Part shown: positions 1-14,460 of the stretch, in pieces
How positions within the stretch are numbered: position 1 is the first letter of the stretch
How the letters are laid out: every line of letters begins with the position of its first letter
From: Eledone cirrhosa
Lineage: Eukaryota
NCBI GenBank assembly: GCA_964016885.1
Contig: OZ024741.1
Coordinates: forward strand, 141,484,001-141,548,000
Length of the DNA: 64,000 nt
Reading direction: 5' to 3'
Translations under genes and position numbers: made by a program
The notes under the pieces: model-generated
The model's input: the letters and a program-made list of their open reading frames with translations, nothing else
Told to the model about the DNA's origin: nothing
Databases searched by the model: none

Positions 1-182
1 GATTCGAAAGCGAAACGATAAATAAACATACAAACAAAGTGACGGATGCTTTTGAGCAACAATTACTCTCATTGGTTGATTAGCCAATAAGACGATACAT
101 TACAAAAGATGTTTGAAAGGGATCACCACGGCCAGCAAAACCCCTTGATTTTTTTATTCACAAGCTACGCATATATGTTAGA

Positions 183-288
183 TCAGACACGCAGACTTAA
201 AACATTCTGTTGTTAGTCAGTGCGTGTCTAACAGACAGAACACGCAGACTTAAAACATTCTGTTGTTAGTCACTGCGTGTCTAACAGA
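183..288. repeat. ~53-bp tandem duplication, each unit an imperfect stem-loop
   Basis: acacgcagacttaaaacattctgttgttagtca(g/c)tgcgtgtctaacaga occurs twice in a row; gacacgca/tgcgtgtc are complementary. Confidence 0.8.
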
Positions 289-359
289 TATATATATACA
301 TATACATATGTAATGTGTGTGTGTGAATGTGTGTCCTAAAAGGCACTCCCAAAATAATG

Positions 360-410
360 ATATATATATATATATATATGTGTGTGTTAATGTGTATGTA
401 TATATGTATG

Positions 411-502
<92 letters not shown>
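360..502. repeat. (TA)n/(TG)n microsatellite, representative of dozens in the window
   Basis: Direct reading; the source of the [12 protein letters not shown] pseudo-ORFs. Confidence 0.98.
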
Positions 503-506
<4 letters not shown>

Positions 507-1020
507 TGGGCGTGTGTGTGACCAAAAAAGCTCTCACAAAATAAAGATGTATATATATAAGGTAATTGGGTAAGATTATTCGGATTATAATGATAATACA
601 TTCATCAAAATCACATAGCCGTGTACAATATGCTTGTAATCTGCTACATCCAAATCGGAAGAAGAAATGCATAAAAGAATTGACTTTCCATTCTCAGATA
701 TATACTTGCCATCTATATACGGTATATATGTACAGCATCGATTTTCAGATCTATGCAAACCATCTATATCTGATCTATTTTCTGATCTATTCATACCATT
801 TATGGAAACTATTTATGTCTGAGTTGCCATTGCCAATTGTACAGTGGTAATCTCTTCTGAGGAAGGGTTAAGTTTATTTCGGTTAATACCATTCTATATA
901 GGAAAACATGGTCTGAGAGGTACTTGTGGTATTATAAAACTGAAGTAATTTCGAATAAAATTGCAATTTCTTATATCATATTAATGAAGTGCGTTTATTT
1001 GTCTCGGGAACCTTACGCTA

Positions 1021-1336
<316 letters not shown>

Positions 1337-1368
1337 GATATTATATTATATTATATTATATCATTATA

Positions 1369-1560
1369 GGGCGGTGGATTGGCAGAATCGTTAGAGAATC
1401 GGACACCATGCTTTGAAGCATAGAGTTACGTCCCTTTATGATCTGAGTTCAAATCCCGCCGAGGTTAACTTTGCCTTTCATCCTTACGGGGTCGATAAAA
1501 TAAAGTACCAGTAATACACTGGTGTAATTGCTGGCCTTGTGCCTAACGTAGAAACAATTA
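1369..1560 (+). mobile_element. tRNA-derived SINE family A, full-length (~190 bp)
   Basis: A-box-like tggcagaatcg, B-box gagttcaaatccc, central gcctttcatccttacggggtcgataaa domain (resembles the Meta/MESC-type SINE core, from memory), 3' gtagaaacaatta. Confidence 0.9.
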
Positions 1561-1816
1561 TATTACATATTATATGAAGGTATACGGTCAGTTAGGGCAC
1601 TGTTGAAACATTTGTAATGGAAAATTTCCGAATAAATTGTTATAAAATCCCATTATGCATACCTATTCTCCACTATATATACATATATATATATATATAT
1701 ATACGATATTAACAAATGGAAACTATATTTATAAAACCATATCTATTTTATTATACATATTTCAAGGATACCATGTATTGCTTGTTGTATCCCAACAATT
1801 TAAATAGAACTTTTGC

Positions 1817-1848
<32 letters not shown>

Positions 1849-1926
1849 TCTGAATGCAAGTTTATCAAAATATACATATCACTCACGCACATACACATAA
1901 CCATATACATATGAAATTAGAAATGT

Positions 1927-2285
1927 CTGCTTAAGATCACTGTCATTTTTCTAAACATGAAACTTTTTTTATTTTCTAATATAGCAGTATTGAGTACTCA
2001 CTAAGTTAATGTTTAAATGTTTTAAATACTACCACTACTACTACAATATATATACGCGTATATATATTGTAGTAGTAGTGGTAGTATTTAAAACATTTAT
2101 ATAAGCGTATATATATTGTAGTAGTAGTGGTAGTATTTAAAACATATATATACGCGTATATATATTGTAGTAGTAGTGGTAGTATTTAAAACATTTAAAC
2201 ATTAACTTAGTGAGTACTCAATACTGCTATATTAAAAAATAAAAAAAGTTTCATGTTTAGAAAAATGACAGTGACCTGAAGCAGA
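1927..2285. repeat. Long palindrome centred on tatatacgcgtatata, with the inner right-arm segment triplicated
   Basis: 1927-2055 is the reverse complement of ~2155-2285 with a few mismatches; tattgtagtagtagtggtagtatttaaaacat appears three times. Confidence 0.9.
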
Positions 2286-2599
2286 AATGTTTAATTAGTT
2301 GCTTCCTCTGGTAGCCAGATGAAACGGCTAAGCTGAACAGTCTAAGTCACTGCCACATTTGTACTTATATATGATAGATATATATATGGTTAAATATCGT
2401 CTTGAAAATTGAAGGGCCGTAGTAAATCTCGTTTCTTGAAATAACCATTCATCTTGATCGAAAAGATTCTGGCATTGTTCGAATCCCTCACAGTGGCTAT
2501 CCACGTAGTCAGCGTGTACTCGAACGATTCACTGTTGAAGTTATTTCCCCACTGAAATACGCATATTCGACATATGTAAGGGTTGGGATATTAACCAAA

Positions 2600-2670
<71 letters not shown>

Positions 2671-2672
<2 letters not shown>

Positions 2673-2877
2673 TGGTTACACGACAGTTAGTTCACCATAC
2701 CGAGAACAATTGTTTCACCTTAGCGGATCTTCAGCTCCTAATTACGAGCTGAGAATCCGCTAAGGTGAAACAATTGATCTCGGTATAGTGAACTAACTGT
2801 TGTGTAACCACTTCTACTTAACTCGTCCCATGGACTGAGTGCTCTACCACTGCGGATATTACCTTCAAGTGTTCCAC

Positions 2878-2880
<3 letters not shown>
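2671..2880. mobile_element. Head-to-head inverted pair of PLE pLTR 3' ends, each with a hammerhead motif, between (TA)n tracts
   Basis: 2671-2737 is the reverse complement of 2746-2812; same sequence as 15852-15921 downstream of the PLE ORF remnant. Confidence 0.85.
2700..2737 (-). ncRNA. Minimal type I hammerhead ribozyme motif
   Basis: Minus strand gag-CTGAAGA-tccgctaaggt-GAAAC-aatt-GTT-ctc; stem I gag/ctc; palindromic stem III. Confidence 0.75.
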
Positions 2881-2937
<57 letters not shown>

Positions 2938-2941
<4 letters not shown>

Positions 2942-3075
2942 ATAATAATAAATTTGAAGACTAAAATCCAAAGAGGGCTCCATAAGGATAAATATATATC
3001 AAATATATAAGAACCGCAGAGCAAATATTTATTAAAATAACAGATTAAAGTTTAAGCAAAGAATCGCTGCTTTCA
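2938..3075 (-). mobile_element. Fragment of the pLTR-like 3' end also seen at 17222-17360
   Basis: Near-identical reverse complement of 17222-17360; flanked by (TA)n. Confidence 0.8.
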
Positions 3076-3167
3076 AATAAATATATATATATATATATAT
3101 ATAGCCTAAAGTCTGTCTTTTTAATAAATATATATATATATAAAGTCTAAAGTATGTCTTAAGCCAG

Positions 3168-3396
3168 AAGTCTCATTTCGCCGGTGCTTATCCCGGTTTC
3201 ATGGCGTGATGCGACTGAGACTCCCTCCTGTACAGCACGCCAGTCTATCGGATGGTTAAACTTCCAGCTGTGTTGCTGGTACTATTTTTCAGCTGAGTAT
3301 ACTGGAGCAACGAGAAATGAAGAATACAACACGCAACCCAGGAATCGAACCCACGACATTATGATCGTACGTCCATACCCTTACCACGTGCCTCCA
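3168..3396 (-). mobile_element. tRNA-derived SINE family B
   Basis: Minus strand begins ggaggcacgtggtaagg...gtgggttcgattcctgg (B box), then ttgctccagt..actcagctgaaaa; related pieces at 22980-23150, 23410-23570, 28320-28440 and 63370-63590. Confidence 0.7.
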
Positions 3397-3397
3397 C

Positions 3398-3538
<141 letters not shown>

Positions 3539-3825
3539 TTGCGTTTATGTATTGTATTTATATATATGTTTGAAAATGAATGCTGGAATTCTTTGTCGGT
3601 GAGAATTCCAGTAGTTTGAATTCTACACACCAATCAGTATTTCTTTTCGCAACCGCAATCTTCAATTTTGGAGATCACGTGCCAACACGACAGTGAACTG
3701 TTAGAATATGGAAACTAGCAGAATCAATGTCGTATACACCTTAAAGAACGATATGTTGCTGTACGGATATCCCGCTGATGAGTTTTAACCAGTCCAGATT
3801 GTGTAACATATATATATATATATAC

Positions 3826-4045
3826 TCTTCTTCTTGAGAGGGTTGTGGGTACAGTATCCTCAAACACTCCTTCCAGTGGGTGCTAAGAGAAACAACGGTC
3901 TCCAACTGATCCGGCTGGATCCCCAACCGAGACCAGCTCATGGATGATCCCAACCATATTGCTCGGGGGTCTACTCCCAGGTCTCCTACCGGTTGGTTTT
4001 GCCCGAAAATCTGGCCGGTGATTCTTTCCTGATATATTCTAACAG
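3826..4045 (-). mobile_element. RTE-clade LINE 3' fragment
   Basis: Shares gggatcca.ccggatcagttggagac...ctggaaggagtgtttgaggat with 13978-14460 and 38420-38900; (GAA)-type tail. Confidence 0.7.
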
Positions 4046-4064
4046 CACACACACAAACAGACGA

Positions 4065-4117
<53 letters not shown>

Positions 4118-4816
4118 CACACAAAATTAGATTTATCGAAGTAGATGGGTGTTAATGAGGAGATACGTATAAAGTACGAGCAGAAAATGCACACAATTTC
4201 ACAAAACGACAGCTCCACCCATTTCTCATCAGCCACCTTGCTGGCAGTGTATTTTCGCGCATTAAGGTGGTACTGCACTTATGATGACAGTTTATACTTG
4301 AAATTATTACATTATGTAAATAACATATTCTATGAAAATGTGTGTTTTATTGTGTTAACGAAACTACACATCACGGTTTTATTGCGGTACTTTATACTCC
4401 TTAGTTTAGATCAGATAACGTGTTAAATATTGCTACTTGCTATCCTCATTAGCGGTACTATAGAAATAGAGAGTGAACTGCACCATCGCAACAATGCAAT
4501 TAATATGCCATATTTGCTGTGTAATTTAATATAGAAGCTATTTGCCTCTTAGATCCAATGGCATCTGCATAGCTCTCACGATATATTTTTTAAAAAACTA
4601 TCTCACAAGAAAAAAATGTGTTTATATTCTTTACCGGAAGATATTAAAACATTCTTTAAAATATAACGTTTACATGTTTAATGGAAAACATATTAATTAC
4701 ATGGCACAACATGTGAAACTCGTTTTCCCAATAATTACATAATTGTGAGTATTAAATTAATGTTCTCATGCGAGGCACATACACACATACGCTTGTATAT
4801 ACATACACATACACAC

Positions 4817-4896
4817 ATATATATAATATGCAAATTTACAACAAGAGTGAGAAAGAGAGAGATAAATTAATTCAAAGTGTGTGTGTGTATAAATAA

Positions 4897-4928
<32 letters not shown>

Positions 4929-5000
4929 TTATTTATACACACACGCACTTTGAATTAATTTATCTCTCTCTTTCTCACTCTTGCTGTAAATTTGCATATA
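4817..5000. repeat. (TA)n-centred fold-back (~80-bp arms)
   Basis: atatgcaaatttacaacaagagtgagaaag... versus ...ctttctcactcttgctgtaaatttgcatat, with 2 mismatches. Confidence 0.9.
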
Positions 5001-6072
5001 TAAACGGAAAAAATGAAACGAAATTTCATTTCCCCCTCTTAGTACGGCTGTTACTTAAATATAAGTATGTACACGTACATACATATATGTATACGGACGT
5101 ACAGTAGAATATATATATATATATGTACGTATGGATTCACCGAACATTTATTATAATGCTCGGTGTGTTTGTAAACAAACATCCCGTATTAAGCCGTAGT
5201 GTCTAGCAACCATCGTTGCTCCTTTGTTCAACACTGACAAATGAACGCTGTACTAGTTTCAAGCTTATTAGCTATCGTCAGCAACTTATACCTTCCTGCC
5301 AGATGATTGAACGTCTGAAAGTATATACTTTCCTTATGCATATTAACGGCTGAGTAGCCCAATTTGCATATCAAGTGGGTTAATCGGCGGGGTGCACCGT
5401 TAATATGCATAAGGAAAGTATATACTTTCAGACGTTCAATCATCTGGCAGGAAGGTATACGTTGCTGACGATAGCTAATACGCTTGAAACTAGTACATCG
5501 TTCCTTTGTCAGTGTTGAACAAATGAGCAACGATGGTTACGAAATACTACGGCTTAATACGAGATGTTTGTTTACAAACACACCGAGCATTATAATAAAT
5601 GTTCAGTGAATCCATACGTACATATATATATATGTGTGCATGTATGTATGTATACATACTTATATTTAAGTAACAGCCGTACTAAAATTGGGTAATGAAA
5701 TTTCGTTTCATATTTTCCGTTTATCGTTTTCGGTGCACCCGGCCGATTAACCCACTCGATATGCAAATTGGGCTACTCAGTCGTTAATATGCATAAGGAA
5801 AGTATATACTTTCAGACGTTCAATCATCTGGCAGGAAGGTATACGTTGCTGACGATAGCTAATAAGCTTGAAACTAGTACAGCGTTCCTTTGTCAATGTT
5901 GAACAAACGAGCAACGATGGTTGCTAGACACTACGGCTTAATACGGGATGTTTATCTACAAACACACCGAGCATTATAATAAATTGTCGGTGAATCCATA
6001 CGTACATATATATATATGTGTGTGCATACTACTGTACGTCCGTACACATATATGTATGTACGTATACATACT

Positions 6073-6075
<3 letters not shown>
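5000..6075. mobile_element. Retrozyme-like non-coding element: ~384-bp hammerhead-bearing monomer, one inverted copy plus ~1.75 direct tandem copies
   Basis: HHR cores at 5465 and 5849 (+, spacing 384) and 5245-5287 (-); no ORF; second locus at 12778-13570. Confidence 0.8.
5843..5885 (+). ncRNA. Minimal type I hammerhead ribozyme (best copy of the family)
   Basis: acgttg-CTGACGA-t agct aata agct t-GAAAC-ta-GTA-cagcgt; stems I and II pair; stem III palindrome ACTAGT; further copies at 5459-5501 (+), 5245-5287 (-) and 13051-13093 (-). Confidence 0.88.
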
Positions 6076-6104
<29 letters not shown>

Positions 6105-6345
6105 AAATATAATATGTTGAGAAGGTCACACTCCGTTAATTTATCGTGATATATACACATATATATATTCATATATATATATGTGTATATATGTATATAC
6201 ATATATGTGTGTGCGCGTGTGTGTGTGTGTATATGTATGTATATACATATATATATGTGTGTGTGTGTGTGTATACATACATACATATATATATTCATAT
6301 ATATATATATGTGTATATATACATACATACATTTGTAGAAACAAT

Positions 6346-6412
<67 letters not shown>

Positions 6413-6489
6413 CGTTTCTGAATTTGTTTAGCAAGACTCTTTATCTGAAACGTGCGCCGAAACCGATATTGTTATGCTCCGATATTGTT

Positions 6490-7430
6490 ATGAAAAATAT
6501 GAAAACATGGCGTGCTGCGTGGTTGCAAATGGGTTACATATGAATAAAATTAGTCCTTCATCAGTGATCTTCCTACCTTCATTGGTATTTCATCGCTTGA
6601 AAGACCATATACCTCTGGTTGGTGCGAGCAACGGCTAATGAAAGTCGTTGGGACAAGTAAATAGGGGCAACAAGCGAGACAGTAAACAAACAAAGATGGT
6701 AATGCAACGAAAAGTGAGGAAGAAGGAGTCAAGTCCCTGAAATCGATGAACATAAGTTCTGTGAAATCGTAGACGAGAGAGAATAAAGACTATCCGACCT
6801 GGTCGAAGTGTTAGTGAGGAAAGAATCTCGCACAGGTCAAACGGGAAGAAGTAGGAGAGGGAGTGGCAGAGAGTGAGTGAGTGAAAGTGTGAGGAAGACG
6901 CTAACACAGAGAGTGACTGGTAGAGGGGGTAAAAGGAAGTGAGAGATACAGAGAAAAGGGGAAGTAGTAAAAAAGAAACAGCGGATGAAAATATATATGA
7001 AAAATATGAAAACATGGCGTGCTGTGAGGTTGCAAATTAGTTACATATGAATAAATTTAGTCCTTCATCAGTGATCTTCAAGCCTTCATTGATATTTCAT
7101 CGCTTTAAAGACCATATACCTCTGGTTGGTGCGAGCAACGGCTAAAGAAAGTCGTTGGGACACGTAAATAGGGGGAACGAGTGGGACAGTAAACAAACAA
7201 AATGGTAATGCAACGAAAAGTGAGGAAGAAGGAGTCAAGTCCCTGAAATCGATGAACATAAGTTCTGCGAAATCGTGGACGAGTGAGAATAAAGACCATC
7301 CAACCTGGTCGAAATGTGAGTAAGTAAAGAATTTCGCACAGGTCAAACGGGAGGAAGAAGGAGTCAAGTCCCTGAAATCGATGAACATAAGTTCTGTGAA
7401 ATCGTAGACGAGAGAGAATAAAGACCATCT
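6490..7430. repeat. Diverged direct duplication (~505-bp period) with an internal ~120-bp duplication
   Basis: atgaaaaatatgaaaacatggcgtgctg at ~6490 and ~6997; gaggaagaaggagtcaagtccctgaaatcgatgaacataagttctg at ~6716, 7222 and 7351. Confidence 0.85.
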
Positions 7431-7847
7431 AGACGAAAAATAAACAATGAATTATAGTAACAGTACGGACGCTGTTATCAATCAAGTCAAACTTCGTGTA
7501 ACCAAAAGATAAATAAGACAGCATAGTCTAATAAATATTTCCACATGTAAATCAGATTGTGTTAGTGTAGAAAAATTAAATTCCTCATTGTAATATTTAC
7601 GATTAGTATTCCTGAATGTTGACACATGTAAAAATCCAAATGTTTGTGCCCAAAATAGGTATCAAATGTTTCAGAGAATAGTGTAAGTTTAATATACTGT
7701 TAATGGAATATATTTTTAGATTTCTTGATAACTTTTCAATCTGAGCAGAACTTAATCCTAGAACTTTCAATTACTGAAGTACACAATAATCTAAAGTTCA
7801 CTAGTGTCAAATTATATATGGGATCTATTTTTACACGAGTACATAGG

Positions 7848-7886
<39 letters not shown>

Positions 7887-7894
7887 CATATGTG

Positions 7895-7943
<49 letters not shown>

Positions 7944-9679
7944 TTAGGCGGGGGATTGAAAGGCCCCCAGCTGTTGTCACAACACCTTTCTAAGAGACGG
8001 AAACTCTGAAAAAATAACCTGCGGCTTCCGGAGCATCCGATGATGTTGACCAGTTCTCCTTCTCGGGTAATGTTTTCGATGCTCAGAAAGTCCGATTGGT
8101 CGAGTGCAAGGCCTTTTCCTACTTTAAAAACCTTCAAATCACAGGCATTACTTGTTCAGGTTATGTTATACGTTCGTGCGGCTGGCCGTAGCCTAAATGT
8201 GCACCATTTTGTGTAATCTGACAAGCGATTGCAATACTCTTAGCAGAGTTTTCAGCCATCATGTATATATATATAAATTAAGGGTGGACATATAGCTCAT
8301 TTTAAAGTTTGGGGTGATTTGAAATAAACGAATTAAACATATTTCTGTTAGTTTTACTTTTTTGAAATTGAGTATGCATGATTCCAAGTAAATTATTTTC
8401 AGTTGACAATTTCACAAGCAGACACATCTATTTTGTGACACTCGTTGCTCACACCATTCTAAAACCATCACTAAGTCAACAATTTTTTACTACACAGTTC
8501 ACACTCACGCAAGCCAAATTATGTGACAGGTCATATAACCATACAGCCCTCTCCACCGATTTGAATGTTTCAACAATGGTGCCCCGGAGCAAGTATGAAA
8601 CAGTAGTTTTTTTTTATACCCTTATGCGTCTCTCCAAAGTATGCTCCTTTAGCTGGACTTCACGATAGTACCCGCTCAATGTGTATGTTATGCGTACACA
8701 GGTTCATTCTGCAAATATGTAAATTACCGTAAAAGATAATATTATCAGAAAAGTCGATATCGTATGACACTTACCCAGTTGTACGACTTCTGAAAGAATA
8801 TATAAGGAAAAAGTAAACATTCATATAAGCTAGTTAGAAACCCCAAGAGGATTGAACTTAATGACTTAGTGAGGAGAAATATATAAAGCGTATATAGGTA
8901 TAGAAGTTATAATATCATATAAGTTAGAATAATTAGGATATGAAATAAGAAGAAAAAATAAAAATATTAAGATTAGTGGTGGTTAATAAAATGTATGGTA
9001 TTTATATTGCTGTTAGAAATTTCAACAAGAATCACTGTCAGATAATATATATATATGTCTGGAATTGTGATTAATGCTACATGTTATAGTTAGTAGAAGT
9101 GCTGTGTCAGAACTTTAGAGAAATATGTTAATAGTGAAAGAGAAGGGATGTGTCTAGGAAGTTAGATGCAAGATAAATATCGGTTCTAAGGTTGCCAAAT
9201 TTTAATCAGATGATATGTGTTTGGGAAACTGTGTTAACATTCGAAGTGAGCTTGGGACTAAGGTATACTGAAAACTAAAGATTGATTTCCAATAGATTAT
9301 TTAAAATTAATAAAGTTGAGCTGCAGGCAAACTGATTTAATATTAGAAATGTGAAGGCGCATGGCTTCATGTTTTCGGTGGAGGTGTACAATCTCATCAT
9401 AAACACCATACATTTGCTAGAAGCTTCATCGGTTATTCACATTACAGTTATATCTGTTAGTGGTCCTTTGCCTTTCATCACCATTCTCTCAAACCTTAAT
9501 TCTAGATTCTTTTCCACTCAATCCCCTTGCCTTACATCTCCTTTATTTTCCTTTATCCCGCTTTCTTTTTTTCTTTCACTTTCCTTCATCTTCCTTTTCC
9601 TTTTCTTCCGCCACAACTTGACTCTCTATACTTGCCTTTCCTTTGAATTCAGTTCTTATGTAAACTATCTTGCACCGTA

Positions 9680-9795
9680 GCCTACGGAGATCAGGGTCGA
9701 GTCGCTATTTTTCCGAATTGAAAGATCACAGCTCCGATACGACGGACATGTAGTCAGAATGTCTAAAGAAAGAATCGCTAAACAGATTTTACGCG
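9680..9795 (+). mobile_element. Short RTE-like fragment
   Basis: Similar to 38600-38720 (ccgaattga.agatcacagctc.gatac). Confidence 0.55.
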
Positions 9796-9905
9796 TGTGT
9801 AAATATATAATTATATATATATATATGTGTGTGTGTGTGTCAAGTACAATCGGGGGTAACCACAGTAAGTAAGGTACTCAATACATAATAGAGTATATAA
9901 AGATA

Positions 9906-10025
9906 AATATAGAAATGGCTTCTACAGGACTAGAACTGTTTCATTCGATGGAAATCATCAGTGTTTTCCTGGTGATTTCCTTCGAATGAACCAGTTCTAG
10001 TCTTGTAGAAGCCATTTCTATATTT
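9906..10025. ncRNA. ~120-bp hairpin made of two head-to-head hammerhead-like motifs
   Basis: Minus arm CTGATGA-tttccatcgaat-GAAAC-ag..ct-GTA-gaag; plus arm is a mutated copy (ttc-CTGGTGA...GAACC). Confidence 0.7.
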
Positions 10026-10917
10026 AACATTATATATATATATATATATGATTTTCAATTTTTGAATTTTCAATTTCTTAATTTTAATTTTTTTAATTTT
10101 TAAGTTATCAAATTAAATTTTTTTTGTCTATCTTCTTATTTCTGTCATCTTCCCAATTCTTTCTTCAACTTTTCATTTTTCCTTACTTCCTTTATTCCTC
10201 ATACCTTATATCTTATATGCGCCAACCACCCACACAGAACTAACTGCCACCACAACTATCATCATCATAGAAAATTCCATAATATTTATAGCCTCTATCG
10301 TAGTTATGCCTCCATAAATTATATTCATATATCTTATATTTCTCATATTTACTTAATATCTATACCACCCGCCACCACTCAATCATAGCTTCTACAATTA
10401 AATATCCCATAAACTTCACCGTACACAATTAATTCTTAACTACATTTCTTCATACTCTTTACTCATCCCCATTAGACCCCCGCCGTCACCACCACAGCGC
10501 CACCATCCTCTCCACCATCATCACCAGAGTACCGATACACCCATTCGCTCCACGCATATATGTATGTATGAATTGAAACTTGCATTTTCATATTCATATC
10601 TGTATGTATGTATGTATGCATGTGTAGAGACATGTATTTATTTACATATTTACGCGTATTGTATATGTATATATGTACGCATATTTATGTGTGTATGGGT
10701 GTTAATATGTATGTGTGTATGTGTGTGTATGTACATATATGTGTGCGTGTGCGTGTATGTACATATATGTGTGCATGTTTATGTATATGTATGTCTTTAT
10801 ATGTATATGTATATATGTATAAAAACATACATATACATACACATGCACATACACACATATATGTACATACACGCACATACACACATATATGTACATATAC
10901 ACACACACATACGTGTA

Positions 10918-10993
<76 letters not shown>

Positions 10994-10999
10994 TATATT

Positions 11000-12687
11000 A
11001 ATAAATCAGTACTCCAATGTTACTAGGAAGTCGCATTGGATGGAGTCAACCGACGTCGGAGATTGCTCAACGTATAATAAAATATGCTTTAAAATCCGGA
11101 GAAAATATGAAGAAGAAGTTTATGAAACGGAAATGCGGGTATAAAGAATATATTAGGTAACAATTGTTTCTATAGTGTGTGGGTTACCTATACCTCGCTA
11201 TTTGTATAATATAAAAATATTATCATAAATCGTAGGTACACTGTAAGAGAACACACCATGTCGTCAGACCTTTATGGTAGAATGATAGGAAAATATTTTA
11301 TACACTAGATACGGGAGAAAGTAGGAGGTAGGAAGGGAAGAGGAAGAGGGAAGTGAGTAAGGGGGAGGGAGTCTTAGAATTCAAGACTGTCAGAGTAGTA
11401 GAGATTGTATAGAAGAAAATGTTTTGGCAGTAGTTAGCCAAATGAGGCGTGTTAGGGTTGGCGGGGGAGGTAAATTCTTCTAGTGGTGTTGTTTGGGCAA
11501 AATTTAGTTAAAGGGGTCAATGTAGTACAGAATTACAGACAAGTTATTGGGGCTATTATAGTAGCAGGATATTTCTAAAGGGGTCTAAAAAACAGTGTTT
11601 AGTGCTATTATTATAAAAAGCCATATCGTGTGTATAAACATATAAAAATATGAAATAACAATTAAAATAAAAATTTGCAAATGGTGGTGTAAAAAGATAA
11701 CATTACATGCATTTAAAAAAAGAAAAAGTCGTTTTTAAACGATGATTACAGTAAAGTGAACGTTCAATTTTGCTGTTCAAAAGTTTGTTTTCCGACGTTA
11801 AAATGCAGTATATCTCCATATTGCATAATTTACAAAATCGGTGATTTTGCCTATATGCTGGCGCAAACTGCAATAATTTGCCAATCAAGGGAGAATGCTT
11901 GATTGTTCTTCCGAAGCTGCCAGGCTTTGTCGGCGAGGGTTGTTACGGAGCACATTTTCTCATGCTTGATCGAAGATCGATGTTGGTATAGGCGAGCTTT
12001 GAAAGATGTTGCGGTACATCCGACGTAATACCATTTGTTGGTTCCGGAATTTATTGTACATCGGTAGACAATATTGCGTGCTAGGCATTGGTTATTCAAT
12101 GGGCACGAACCTGGTTTAGTGCAGTTACAGTTATTTTTATGATTTGCAGTAGTATCTTGGATAGTTTGGTGGGGTTGTAGCTGCGTGTTAGTGCGTTGTA
12201 TGTCGCTATGCTGGTGCGCTGTGTCATTAGGGATGTACTTATTTAGTATTGTTGAGCTGAGTTTTTTAATTAGTTGTTCTATGTTAGGTGCAGTGGAGTA
12301 TGAGAGCCTAATGGTGCGCGAGTTTAAGATTGTATAGTATTTATGTGAAGTTGTAAAGTGTTTATTGATCAGTGTATAGAATTGTGAGATAATCTTAGTG
12401 CTAATAGAAATATTGTACACGGGGTTATACCATATGTACTCTCTACGTCTAACTCTATTTGTTGGTTTGCACCTATTATTATGCCTATTAATGTGTCTGT
12501 GTGGTGCAATACTAGTTCGACTTAGATGTGATTTATTCATAGTATCTATGTGGTTATCTTCTAGATATTCTATTTTCTCGCAGTAACCAGCTTTTCTAAG
12601 TGCGTCGTTATAATACTCAGAATGCTCGTTGAAGGTCTGCAAATTAGACGATAGTCGGGAGATCCTTATGGATATATCTTTATCTTC

Positions 12688-12690
<3 letters not shown>
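11000..12690 (-). mobile_element. Penelope-like element, 5'-truncated: RT thumb/linker, GIY-YIG endonuclease and 3' UTR/pLTR
   Basis: ORF 11851-12813: SRLSSN..F, WYNP, CNC..CPLNNQC, IVYRCTI...YVGCT..FKAR...H; frameshifted tail C.LC..E...CNH; cut at (TA)n. Confidence 0.9.
11155..11271 (-). ncRNA. Hammerhead ribozyme with a long (~90-nt) stem II in the PLE 3' pLTR
   Basis: aggt-CTGACGA-catggtgtgt...acacactata-GAAAC-aatt-GTT-acct. Confidence 0.8.
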
Positions 12691-13709
<1,019 letters not shown>

Positions 13710-13977
13710 GTGTATGTGTATATATATACATACGTATAAATGTATATATTTATGTTTTCATACGCATACGTGTATCTTGTAGCATATTTTAAAATTCTTA
13801 TATAACTTTTATAATTTTTTCATAACTTTTTAAATATTTTTATATATTCCCTTGAATGTCTTTTATAAGTTAGTTATGTTTGGGTATTGTGTATCTATAT
13901 ATATTTATTTACATATAGCACCTGATATGCAGACATGTAGATATATTTGTGTTTATGTATATGTATGTACATATATC

Positions 13978-14460
13978 TTCATTGCCCATTTATTCCTGAG
14001 AGGGTCTGTGTGCAGAATCCTCAAACACTCCTTCCAGCGGGTCTTGTCGAAAGCAACCGTCTCCAACTGATCCGATTGGATCCCCAACCGTGACCAGCCA
14101 AGCTTCTGGATGTTATAACTATCTTGCTCAGTGTTTGCCTCTGGTTCTTCTGTTGGTGGGTTTAACTCGTAAAATCTGTCCAGCGATTCTTTCCTGAAAC
14201 ATTCTAACCACATGCTCACAGTATCGGAGCTGTGATCTCTCAATTCGTAGAGGTAGCGGTTCTACCTAGAGTGACCCTCCGATCTTCGGGTTACGCAATT
14301 CATCGAGTAACGTTACTCCAAAGACCCTTCGGAGGAATCACATTTCGGCCGCTTGTATTCGCGATCTATTCTTTCGGTCATTACACAAGATACATGTCCA
14401 TAGGTTATATCGAATACAACATAGAGAGTTTGGCTTTTACACCTACCTCCCTTCTTCTAA
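13978..14460 (-). mobile_element. RTE-clade LINE 3' fragment (decayed)
   Basis: Minus translation RREVGVKAKLSM...; homologous to 38420-38900. Confidence 0.75.

Noticed and set aside
2050-2195. CRISPR-like repeated units
   Set aside because: No unique spacers, no cas genes, eukaryotic context.
7950-8240. Possible coding fragment (minus, KVFKVGKG...)
   Set aside because: No recognisable motif or splice context; needs BLASTX.
8279-8623. Putative MITE with taagggt/accctta ends
   Set aside because: Only a 7-bp match and an imperfect TSD; insufficient.
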